Shown here: piece by piece, positions 52,090 through 61,118 of the stretch | How the letters are laid out: every line of letters begins with the position of its first letter | How positions within the stretch are numbered: the stretch's first letter is position 1 | NCBI GenBank assembly: GCA_963727625.1 | Contig: CAVSHR010000005.1 | Location: 864,001-928,000 of the forward strand | Length of the DNA: 64,000 nucleotides | Source: an uncultured delta proteobacterium | GTDB taxonomy: Bacteria > Desulfobacterota > Binatia > UBA9968 | Reading direction: 5' to 3' | Notes under the pieces: generated by a model | Told to the model about the DNA's origin: nothing | What the model saw: the letters and a program-made list of their open reading frames with translations, nothing else | The model's database searches: none | Program-made: the position numbers and the translations under genes

Positions 52090-52993
52090 CCGGATGGATC
52101 GTCAAGCCGTATTTGGCCAGTCGCTGCGGCAAGACCGCCAACACCCGCCGTGCGTCTTGTTCATGAGTGAATCCCATGACAAAGTCGTCCGCGTAGCGAA
52201 TGAGAAAGGCCTTACCACGTAAACGCGGCTTAACCACCTGCTCTATCCACTGGTCCAGCACATAGTGCAGGAAGATGTTTGACAGCACAGGTGAAATCAC
52301 TCCGCCTTGGGGAGAACCCGCTTGCGGGTACGTCACTGCGCCGTGTTCGAGAACTCCCGCTCTAAGCCACTTGCCGATCAAACGCCTCAGCACACCATCA
52401 CGCATCCTATGGCCGATCAATCTTCGCAGGTGCGCATGATCCAGAGTGTCGAAAAACTTCCGGATGTCCACTTCCAATATCCAGCCCCCGTGGCTATCCA
52501 TCACTTGTTTCCATAACGACTCAAGCGCCTGGTGCGCCGAACGCCCGGGCCGAAAGCCGAACGAACAGTCATAAAAATCCTGCTCGTAGATCGGCGCCAG
52601 CACCATGGCGACGGCCCGCTGCAGAACCTTGTCCTCCAGCGTCGGTATCCCGATGGGACGCGTATCGGTAGCCGAATTCCCTTTCGGAATGTGTACCCGT
52701 CGCACGGGCGGTGCTCGGTACGTACCGGCTTTGACCCAGCCTAATAGCTCCTCAAGATTACTTTTCAGGTTCGCTTCGTAGTGCTCGGCAGTGATGCCGT
52801 CCACCCCGGCAGCCGCATCCTTGCGCGTGCGCCGGTAGGCCTCCTCTAGCCAGTCGATGTCCATTAGGTGCGCCAGGGAAGTGAATCCCATCTGCGGTGA
52901 CTGCTTGGCCAGCTTTGCTACCCGTTGCTGTTTCGTTGACACGGTACTCGAATTTCTATGCATTCGCCGTCTTTCCCAACAACGGTTCCACAA
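52090..52993 (-). pseudogene. ltrA: Group II intron reverse transcriptase/maturase, truncated
   Basis: [38 protein letters not shown] and RYADD motifs; breaks at LTIHPE; X/thumb domain absent. Confidence 0.9.
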
Positions 52994-53571
52994 TCCGACG
53001 CCTCGCTTCCCTCCACGCGGTCCGGGAGGTCCCGTTCCCGCCTTTCTCAGGTACTATCAAGGCGCTACGACTTGCTGCCGTCCTTTCACGCCGCGCTTGG
53101 TTTCCTTCGCTTGGCGCTGCCACTCGGCGCGCCTTGGGCTTCGCTCCCGCCGTGTCAAAGCGCAACCACGGCGGGCCGGGAGTACTTTATTTTCGGCCAC
53201 TCCTGAGACCGGCTGGATCCGGTGGAGACAACAGCATCTCCCAAGTTCCTGGGAAACCTCCATTGTGCCTATGCCCGGTTCTGCGACTCCGGTGTGACGG
53301 CTCACTCCTCACCCTAACGGTGCGCGCCGCATCGCCCCCGTGAGGGGAACGACGAAGGCTCACAGTTGAAAACTTTCGAAGCTCAATAGCCGGGCCTTGG
53401 CACTCGCTGTCTACGCTTCGCCGCGTGGGTTGCCCCAGCGCAGCGCAAGACTCGCTTCCGGGAGCGGGTTAGGCCTTCCCGGACAGGCTTGTTTACCTGC
53501 AAGGTTTCGCTGAAAGGTTTCAGAGCTGCTTTCTACATCTCTTCCTCCTTTCCCAAGTTTTCTTGGCGCGA
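52090..53571 (-). mobile_element. Group II intron, 3'-truncated (5' ribozyme domains and partial RT ORF)
   Basis: About 580 nt of non-coding leader with intron-like segments (GAAGCGAGTCTTGCG, GCGAAGCGTAGACAG, CCAGGAACTTGGGAG, GATAGTACC) upstream of the RT; no DV/DVI seen. Confidence 0.85.
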
Positions 53572-53844
53572 TCCCCTTTTCTCACTCCCCCTTTTCTCAC
53601 CCCCCGCAGTGATCGCAAAGCGACCTTGGCAAGTTCACCGGCTGTGGTGTAGTGTGGAGAGACAATTGAGAGACTGTCCAATGAAAGTTAAAATGCCATA
53701 ACGAAGACGCGTAAAGGCGTCGAGAGCGTCGGCTATTCGCATCTCGATTACCTCTCCACATGAGAAAAGGGATTGCTGGTTTGGGCTGTACAGGAGGCGG
53801 CGGAGATATAAATCTCGCACCAATACTCCATCGGCTAGGAGACC

Positions 53845-56568
53845 ATGAAGAAGACAAGTAAAAGCTTGGGGCGCACCGGCGAAATAAGTAGTTCAGCTGC
53901 AACTCTATCAGACCGTTTGACCGCTGCCCTAGATCTGCCTAATGGAGCGCGGTTTTACCGCTGTGCATTGCAGATCAACCCGTTTGCGTATTTACATCGG
54001 CATAATAAGAAAACATCCTTCCTCAAAGAAGCCGAATATAATGCGGCTATCATCGCCGCCTGCCAAGAAATTGGAATCGAAGTCATAGGCGTTACGGATC
54101 ATTATCGGGTTGAAGAATCAAAGAGCCTTGTGCAAGCGGCACGAGCCGCCGGCCTGTTCGCCTTCAGCGGCTTTGAGTCTGTAACCAAGGACGGTGTACA
54201 TTTTCTTTGTTTGTTCGATCCTGAGAAGGACAATGCGCTCGAACGTTTTATTGGTGAGTGCGGCGTTCACGACATGGCAGCTGCATCACCAACGGGAGCT
54301 CTCGATTCCATTGAACTCCTTAACCAAGCGAAAGACTGGGGTGCTATTTGCGTGGCCGCACATGTAGCGGGCGAGGGAGGTCTTTTGAACAGGCTCAAGG
54401 GGCAGCCTCGCATCAACGCTTGGAAGTCGCCGGAACTTCTTGCTTGTGCTCTTGCGGGTCCAGTTTCCGATGCCCCTGAGAACATTCGTCCGATCCTTGA
54501 AAACCGAGACTCGCAACACAAGCGTAGTCGACCTGTGGCTGTACTGAACACTTCAGACGTGAACAGCCCCGAGGATCTAAAAAAGAACGGTGCGTCCTGT
54601 TTTCTTAAGATGTCGAATATTTCTGTTGAGGCTCTACGACAAGCCTTTCTTGATCCCGAATCGCGCATTCGCCTACATAGCGATTCTCAAGCGGAGCCTC
54701 ACGCAGAATTTCTGGCTCTGACATGGGAGGGCGGATTCCTCGGGGGCACATCCGTTCATTTCAACGCCAACTTGAACGTCTTGGTTGGCGGTAGAGGAAC
54801 CGGAAAGTCGACCATGGTCGAGAGCATACGCTACGCGCTTGGCCTCGAACCGCTCGGAGAAGACGCGCGTAAGGCCCACGAAGGAGTGATCCGGTACGTA
54901 CTTCGCTCCGGGACGAAAATATCTTTGCTAGTGCAATCGCATAAGCCTTCCGCGCGTTGCTATACCATTGAGCGGTCAATCCCTAATCCACCGATCGTAA
55001 AGGACGAAGCCGGGGAAGTCCTGACGCTCTCGCCGAAAGACGTAATGCCGGGAGTCGAGGTCTTTGGACAACACGAAATATCCGAACTCACCAAAAGCAG
55101 AGAGAAGCTGACGATGCTTCTGGAACGGTTCGTCGACCGCGATCCAACGTTGTTGGGACGAAAATCGAAACTCAAACTGGACCTTCAACGCTCCCGAGGC
55201 CGTATCGTGGATGTTCACCGCGAGATGAAAGCTCTCGACGAACGGCTTGCCGCGCTTCCGGGCTTGGAGGAGACACAGAAACGTTTCCAAGAAGCCGGGC
55301 TTGAAGAACGCCTAAAGGAGAAAAGCCTGCTTATTCGGGAAGAGCGAGTTTTTACGAATGTTACGGAGCGACTTGAACCTGTCCGAGCGCTCCACCGTGA
55401 ATTGGTCGAGTCGTTGCCGCTTGATACTGCCTTCGTTTCTAAAAAAGCTTTGGAGGGACTCCCGAATGCAGCGATTCTAACCGAAATCGGAACGATCTTG
55501 GGCTCCTTGAGTACAAAACTCAAGGCAATTGCCGATCAGCTCGCAAAGGCACTGACAGAAGCGGACAGCTCTGTTGGGGGAACCAAATCCCGGTGGGACA
55601 AGAAACGCAAGGTTATAGAAGAAGTATATGAAAAGCTTCTACGGGAGCTTCAGAAATCGAAGATCGACGGGGCTGAGTTCATCCGGCTACGCAAACAGAT
55701 TGAAGATCTACGTCCTTTGAGAGAAAAAATAGACGCGCTGAAACGTGACCTGGCCAGTCACGAGGCAAACCGCCGCAAGCTGCTCGCGGAATGGGAGGAC
55801 GTCAAGGCGAGTGAGTATCGCGAGTTTGAAAGTGCAGCGAAAAAGGTTTCTCGTCAGCTCCAGGAGCGGGTGCGGGTAGAAGTCGCCATGGCAGGAAATC
55901 GTGAGCCGTTGGAGCAGCTCTTACGTGAGTTGGGTGGAAACTTGAGCGCTGCCTTGGAGCGTCTACGGTCGCTGGGAGAACTTTCGCTGCCGGATTTGGC
56001 GCAGCGCTGCCGGGAGGGCAAGGAGGCTCTGATCAAACAGTATGGACTGCCAGCAGGTTCGGCCGAGAGAATTGCCCAAGCGGACCTAGACTTCTTAATG
56101 AAGATTGAGGAGCTGGACCTTCCGGCGACGACGAAGATTGAATTGAACACTGCGCCGGATGGTGAACCTGCCACGTGGCAGACGTTGGAAGCGCTATCGA
56201 CTGGGCAGAAGGCAACAGCTGTCCTATTACTTCTCTTACTGGAATCGGAAGCTCCTCTTGTGGTCGATCAGCCGGAGGACGACCTCGATAACCGCTTCAT
56301 TACGGAAGGTGTGGTACCAATCATGCGACTGGAAAAGCGGCGGCGTCAGTTTGTGTTTTCAACCCACAATGCGAACATTCCTGTGCTCGGCGATGCCGAG
56401 CTGATTCTGGGCCTGGCCGCATCGGGCGAAGGAAGGGAGGGCCACGCCAAAATCGCTCCCGAACATATGGGATCAATCGACTCCAAACCTGTGCGCGAAC
56501 TGGTAGAAGAAATTCTCGAAGGAGGCAAAGATGCCTTCGAGATGCGCCGTTCCAAATACGGGTTCTGA
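53845..56568 (+). CDS. PHP-domain + coiled-coil ABC ATPase (Ppl/TrlF-like, putative anti-phage protein)
   Basis: N-terminal PHP-like motifs (TDH, GxE, H, AH, SD); Walker A GGRGTGKS; long coiled coil; LSTGQ, VVDQPEDDLD and THN. Confidence 0.85.
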   Translation: MKKTSKSLGRTGEISSSAATLSDRLTAALDLPNGARFYRCALQINPFAYLHRHNKKTSFLKEAEYNAAIIAACQEIGIEVIGVTDHYRVEESKSLVQAARAAGLFAFSGFESVTKDGVHFLCLFDPEKDNALERFIGECGVHDMAAASPTGALDSIELLNQAKDWGAICVAAHVAGEGGLLNRLKGQPRINAWKSPELLACALAGPVSDAPENIRPILENRDSQHKRSRPVAVLNTSDVNSPEDLKKNGASCFLKMSNISVEALRQAFLDPESRIRLHSDSQAEPHAEFLALTWEGGFLGGTSVHFNANLNVLVGGRGTGKSTMVESIRYALGLEPLGEDARKAHEGVIRYVLRSGTKISLLVQSHKPSARCYTIERSIPNPPIVKDEAGEVLTLSPKDVMPGVEVFGQHEISELTKSREKLTMLLERFVDRDPTLLGRKSKLKLDLQRSRGRIVDVHREMKALDERLAALPGLEETQKRFQEAGLEERLKEKSLLIREERVFTNVTERLEPVRALHRELVESLPLDTAFVSKKALEGLPNAAILTEIGTILGSLSTKLKAIADQLAKALTEADSSVGGTKSRWDKKRKVIEEVYEKLLRELQKSKIDGAEFIRLRKQIEDLRPLREKIDALKRDLASHEANRRKLLAEWEDVKASEYREFESAAKKVSRQLQERVRVEVAMAGNREPLEQLLRELGGNLSAALERLRSLGELSLPDLAQRCREGKEALIKQYGLPAGSAERIAQADLDFLMKIEELDLPATTKIELNTAPDGEPATWQTLEALSTGQKATAVLLLLLLESEAPLVVDQPEDDLDNRFITEGVVPIMRLEKRRRQFVFSTHNANIPVLGDAELILGLAASGEGREGHAKIAPEHMGSIDSKPVRELVEEILEGGKDAFEMRRSKYGF

Positions 56569-56571
56569 AAC

Positions 56572-57774
56572 ATGACGACGCATACGGAATTGATGGACAT
56601 CATTGCAAACGGGGAAAGCTCCGGAGTCGAGTTCAAACGAGACGTTCTGCAAAATCATGACCTAGCTAAGGAGCTGGTGGCGTTCTCGAACCTGAGCGGC
56701 GGAGTGGTACTCCTAGGCGTGGATGATGACCGAACCATATCAGGGATCACACGACCCGATCTGGAAGAATGGGTGCTGACCACATGCCGCGACAAGATCA
56801 GACCTAGCATTATTCCTTTTTTTGAGGTTGTTCGAAACATCGAACCAGGAAAAAGTGTCGCCATTGTACGTGTGACGCGCGGCTTCGATGTTCACAGTTT
56901 GTGGCACAACAATCGTAATACCTATTACATACGCGTCGGAACGCAGAGCAGGGAACCGAGCCCGGAGGAGCTCGGCCGACTCTTTCAGCAGCGCGGCTCT
57001 TTCCGCGCGGAACTGCGGCCTGTCTCTGGTGCGACCCTTGCCGATTTGGATCGCCGCCGGCTTCGCGATTATTTCGATCGGATCCGTCAACAGGCAATGC
57101 CTTCTGACGAGGATGAGACGGGTTGGCAAATCCTGTTGGCCAATACAGAGATCATGACTGACGAAGGCGTAACGGTAGGCGGGATGCTCCTGTTTGGTCA
57201 GAGACCTAACCATTTTCTTCCACAGGCCGGCATCGACGCCGCCTCGTTTCCAGGAACTGAAAAGGACTATGCTGCTCGAGAACGGCTCGCTCTCCGTGGT
57301 CCCATGACACCGCTATTTAGCGCTGCAGCGGAACTCGTGGAAAATGGCCTGGTCGAGCAGGCGTTAGACTTTGTACGGCGCAATACACCCGTTACTGCGG
57401 TGCTTGAAAACGGTAGGAGAATCGACAAGCCGACCTATCCGCCTGAAGCACTTCGTGAAGGGGTCGTGAACGCTCTGATTCACCGCGACTACCTTCTTTC
57501 GAGTACGGACATCGAACTGGTTGTATACAGCAATCGGCTAGAGATTATCTCACCAGGCAGGCTACCGAATGGCATTACCCCAGACCGAATGCGCGCGGGA
57601 ACACGCGCAGCCCGAAATCAGCTCTTGAAAGAGGTTATGCGCGACTATCACTATCTAGAACATATGGGAATGGGCGTCCCTCGTAAGATTATTCAGGGGA
57701 TGAAAGCCCATAACAATACCGAACCGGAACTCATTGAAGACCAGGAACGCTTCATTCTTCGCCTGTTCGCTTAA
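56572..57774 (+). CDS. Schlafen/AlbA_2 domain + HATPase_c_4 (RecG C-terminal-like) protein
   Basis: GESSGVEFK, VAFSNLSGG and LLGVDD; REGVVNALIHRDY, SPG, RN and GMG. Confidence 0.9.
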   Translation: MTTHTELMDIIANGESSGVEFKRDVLQNHDLAKELVAFSNLSGGVVLLGVDDDRTISGITRPDLEEWVLTTCRDKIRPSIIPFFEVVRNIEPGKSVAIVRVTRGFDVHSLWHNNRNTYYIRVGTQSREPSPEELGRLFQQRGSFRAELRPVSGATLADLDRRRLRDYFDRIRQQAMPSDEDETGWQILLANTEIMTDEGVTVGGMLLFGQRPNHFLPQAGIDAASFPGTEKDYAARERLALRGPMTPLFSAAAELVENGLVEQALDFVRRNTPVTAVLENGRRIDKPTYPPEALREGVVNALIHRDYLLSSTDIELVVYSNRLEIISPGRLPNGITPDRMRAGTRAARNQLLKEVMRDYHYLEHMGMGVPRKIIQGMKAHNNTEPELIEDQERFILRLFA

Positions 57775-57939
57775 GATCGTATGATGTGATCGACGATCGC
57801 TTTGCGGCTTGCAACGGGGACCGCGCATGGAAGACTCATGGGCGATTACCGTGTCGAATAGAAACGCACTCTTGTCCAGGGCGACGAAGCAAGGAGAGAC
57901 CTGGAAGTCAGACCCAGCCGGTTTCCAAGCCCTCTCACT

Positions 57940-58578
57940 TTAAGGTACCTGAGGTGCCACAGGCGTTGGCGTCGTAGGTCCCTTAGGCGTTGGAAACTCA
58001 GGAAGCTTTCTACGAGGGTGATTTAGAACTGTATCAATTATTGTATCGATATTTGATAGGCTCACGAGCAGTTGTGGCCATGCCGCATAGATCGAGTAGA
58101 TATGAAAATTCTTTTCGTCAGCAGCTAAATTCAACCACTCACGGGCTTTGTCAGGGTCAGAATGAAAGACAACGCCATTGAAGAAGAGATTTATAGCGTC
58201 CGCAACAAGCAGTGGCTTGTTGCCCACAAAATAGTGTGATGGACAACTCTTAAGAGTGTTCGTCCAGTTTTGCCTTGCAGCCCTTATCCACGGCAGCAGC
58301 TTTTTATCGATACCTGCCCTTTCAAGTATATTGCACACCCGGTACAGATTGATTTTTTCACGTGGTGCATAGAACTGTCGCAGACTGACTAACGCGGAAC
58401 GAAACTCATCCATCTTAAAATTTTTTATTTTTGATGTGAGCCCGCGGCCAGGTAGTATCTTGATGGAAATTGAAATCGCGTTTTGACGCCTTTTAAATAG
58501 TCGAACCTTGCGAATTATATCCATCTGATTGAGAAATAGTTTCAATGTTTCTTTTTCGCCGGGTGATAACATGATCAA
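57940..58578 (-). CDS. Hypothetical protein, mostly helical, possibly HEPN-like
   Basis: 212-aa ORF with GAGG RBS; AT-rich; NGVVFHSD motif. Confidence 0.7.
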   Translation of the reverse strand: MIMLSPGEKETLKLFLNQMDIIRKVRLFKRRQNAISISIKILPGRGLTSKIKNFKMDEFRSALVSLRQFYAPREKINLYRVCNILERAGIDKKLLPWIRAARQNWTNTLKSCPSHYFVGNKPLLVADAINLFFNGVVFHSDPDKAREWLNLAADEKNFHIYSIYAAWPQLLVSLSNIDTIIDTVLNHPRRKLPEFPTPKGPTTPTPVAPQVP

Positions 58579-58756
58579 AACCTCATAGGAGACTGTGAGA
58601 AAAGGAATTGAACAAACTCACATAAAAAGAAACCCGGGCTCTTTTATCGGTGCTTCTGCAATCGCTTCGATATGCTTTTGCCCGCACCTTGAAATTCGAA
58701 GTGAAGTTTATTGGCAAAACTTAGCCAGAGACAACCGAAATTCCCGATGGTTTTTA

Positions 58757-58874
58757 TGGTGCACGGGACGAGATTCGAACTCGCACGTCCTTTCGGACAC
58801 GTATTTGCAACAAGTTCCGACTGCGATCAGAACCTCTTACAAATACGCGCGTCTGCCGGTTCCGCCACCCGTGC
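58757..58874 (-). ncRNA. tRNA-Leu-like RNA (118 nt) with the anticodon loop replaced by a long hairpin
   Basis: Acceptor stem GCACGGG/CCCGTGC + ACCA; Leu-type D arm GCGGAACCGGCAGACGC; variable arm GTCC-GAAA-GGAC; T loop TTCGAAT; 38 nt between the anticodon stem strands. Confidence 0.88.
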
Positions 58875-58911
58875 ACAATGGAAAAATGATTTTGCCATAT
58901 TTTGCGTGGGC

Positions 58912-59020
58912 AAGGAAAAGGGGACGCAAACCTTTTAGCTCTGCGTATCTGTTAATCCCACAACCTTTTTAGGACGACCGCGGGGTTGCAGTCTATATTT
59001 CACTCCGAGCGCATCCACGA
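58912..59020 (-). mobile_element. Second RAYT 3'-end remnant with REP-like motif
   Basis: Diverged direct copy of ~51661-51770, encoding ...LQPRGRPKKV. Confidence 0.78.
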
Positions 59021-59107
59021 TTATCAACAGATTTTTTTGTTTGAACTCGACGTTCAACTCCTTCGCCAAGACAGTTGCTTGACCGAGACCAAAAAGCCGA
59101 AATCGGA

Positions 59108-60514
59108 CTAAGGCAAGTCCGCGCCTTTCGGCTGATTTTTGAAATTCTCTGGGTTCAAGTTTTGCGTCAGGCGGAAAACGCCTTCCACGACGTGGCGGCG
59201 TAGTTCGACTTCGATCATCAACGTTTGGTTTGGCTCAAAGTATCGCTTGAGCGCGGCGAAAGTGCCTTTGTGTTCGGCCACGGTGTAGTAGGCGAAACCC
59301 TCGGCCGGTCGTGCCGTGATCCGTACGCCAAATTTTCCTGCCAGCTCGGGCTTGCTGAACCAGTCGTTCATCACATCGTAGTCGATATAATAGGTCAGCT
59401 TTCCTGGGCTACGCTGATTGCGCTGGCGATCCACGAAGAAACCGGGAGGCAAATGGTTTGGGTCATAATCCGGTCCCGCAGTGAAGAGCACGTCGTAATC
59501 GGAAAGATTGTTGCCACGGTCATCGATGATCCTAATGACGAGCATGCAGTACCGGTTAGTCACGAAGGTCCGCCTAAAGACGAACAACTGTTTCACCGCT
59601 TGCTTGCGCTCATCTGTTTGAGTCTTTGTCGTGAGATCCTCTAGGTCCTTGACCAGCCGATTGTAAGCCGCAGCACTGCCCACTTCCAGGCAACGCAAAA
59701 CCCACTGCACCGTGGGGTGCGTGCCGTCATCGTCTGCTGTCACGCTGGCGAGGATGCCGATGGTCGTGCCAGAATGAGATCGCCCCGGCAAAACGCCGAG
59801 TGCGGTTTTTGCGCTGCGATCATCCTTTTTCAGCGCGAGGGCGCCATCGGTCTGCACCAGCCGAATCAGGCCGTAGTTCAAGTTTGCCGCAGCGACCCGC
59901 ACGACTCCATCCGACCCCGCCTCATCGGTGTAGGCATTAAGGTTGTCGTAGAAGGCGCGGTCAATCCTCTGCCCTGTGAGAACGAAGGGATACAACCTTG
60001 CAGCCACGCAGTCGTAAGCGAGCCAGTCACGATTGAGTTCCCAGCTTTGGTCGCTGCCCAGCTCCAGCCAGTCGAGAACGCCTGTGCCAGGTTCGACACC
60101 GTCCGCAGAAAACTTCATCCGCGCAATGCGGCCTTTGCCAAGTTGCGCGAGCGCCGAGCCATGATTCGCCGGCGCGAGCATGACCAAGTGTCCGAGTGGA
60201 CACTTGCTGAGTTTGCCACGATAAAACAGGTCTATCCATTTTCGCACCACCGGCCCACCCGTGGAATGCGTCACGCAAGCGAATTTTTCATCCTTGGTGA
60301 GCTTCGGCAGCACCTCCGCGGCGATGGCTCGCTGCATTCCACGCGCGATATCATCGACTTTCACCTCGTCAGCGAAACTCACATATTTGGCGAGGTAGAG
60401 ATGCGTGATCTGAAGATCGAGTTTCGGAGACGCGTTTTTGACAAGTGCGGCAGGCAGACCACCGTAGGTATTCGTGTTGGTAACACTCCAGCCATGAACG
60501 AAGACAATAAGCAT
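59108..60514 (-). CDS. Alpha/beta hydrolase (lipase/phospholipase-like) with C-terminal extension
   Basis: FVHGW, THSTGG nucleophile elbow, APANHGS, SDGVV and SH motifs. Confidence 0.85.
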   Translation of the reverse strand: MLIVFVHGWSVTNTNTYGGLPAALVKNASPKLDLQITHLYLAKYVSFADEVKVDDIARGMQRAIAAEVLPKLTKDEKFACVTHSTGGPVVRKWIDLFYRGKLSKCPLGHLVMLAPANHGSALAQLGKGRIARMKFSADGVEPGTGVLDWLELGSDQSWELNRDWLAYDCVAARLYPFVLTGQRIDRAFYDNLNAYTDEAGSDGVVRVAAANLNYGLIRLVQTDGALALKKDDRSAKTALGVLPGRSHSGTTIGILASVTADDDGTHPTVQWVLRCLEVGSAAAYNRLVKDLEDLTTKTQTDERKQAVKQLFVFRRTFVTNRYCMLVIRIIDDRGNNLSDYDVLFTAGPDYDPNHLPPGFFVDRQRNQRSPGKLTYYIDYDVMNDWFSKPELAGKFGVRITARPAEGFAYYTVAEHKGTFAALKRYFEPNQTLMIEVELRRHVVEGVFRLTQNLNPENFKNQPKGADLP

Positions 60515-60772
60515 TGTGAATTGCGCCTCCCAGTTTGACAGTTCACGAGGCTTGTAGAGGGCACCTATCCCGTAATGGTTTTTGGAGTCCCGATTTCAAT
60601 AGGCAGTAGGCTATCGCTGAGCCCGCGAGTCGTCAATCAAAATCGAGCGCAAGTGCCACGCCTTGTAGCGAGGGATCAAGACGGAACGAGGCCATTGCTA
60701 CGTTAACGATCTCCTAAGCAACATATGTGTATAAAGCATGTCAAAAGCCAAATTTCCAAAACTGACTCCAAA

Positions 60773-61073
60773 GCGACGGCAGTCGGCGGCGAACTCATCG
60801 AGCGTGTAAGCCACGCGATTTCTCCTGACGTAATTGGAAATTCAATCAACTTGCGGCCCAACTATTCTGCAGACAACTCCGGAACGTGCTCGTCTTCATA
60901 CTTTTCGATAAGTACGCCGACAATTTCCATAAGCGAAGCGAGAGGGTGCGATTCGTCTTCGCCCACTTCATCGACCAGTCGATCGAGCAAGGAAACCAAT
61001 CTGTCGTATTCAGCTGCGGTGTGGGGGACGAATACCGTGTCGGCCAGCGAAGACCACGCGTTTACGGTTTTGC
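60773..61073. repeat. Diverged ~300-bp direct repeat of 62746-63045
   Basis: Contains a second higA-like ORF, the intergenic gap and the first ~14 codons of the cupin gene. Confidence 0.9.
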
Positions 61074-61092
61074 TATCGTCAAATCCTCGCAT
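60862..61092 (-). CDS. HigA N-terminal-like small protein (duplicate copy)
   Basis: Near-identical to 62834-63064 from KTVNAW onward. Confidence 0.65.
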   Translation of the reverse strand: MRGFDDSKTVNAWSSLADTVFVPHTAAEYDRLVSLLDRLVDEVGEDESHPLASLMEIVGVLIEKYEDEHVPELSAE

Positions 61093-61118
61093 GGGATGTG
61101 CCGGTGGTGTCGACGAGC

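Noticed and set aside
52031-52993. Retron, DGR or defence-associated RT
   Set aside because: Motifs and the upstream RNA match a group II intron; no VTG motif or TR/VR pair; the ORF is truncated.
53600-58760. Integrase-type island with att duplication of the tRNA-like 3' end
   Set aside because: No second copy of the 3' end and no integrase were seen in the window.
58757-58874. Ordinary tRNA, tmRNA, or tRNA with a group I or archaeal intron
   Set aside because: No 7-nt anticodon loop; no G3-U70 or tag ORF; a 31-nt insert is too short for a group I intron and has no bulge-helix-bulge.
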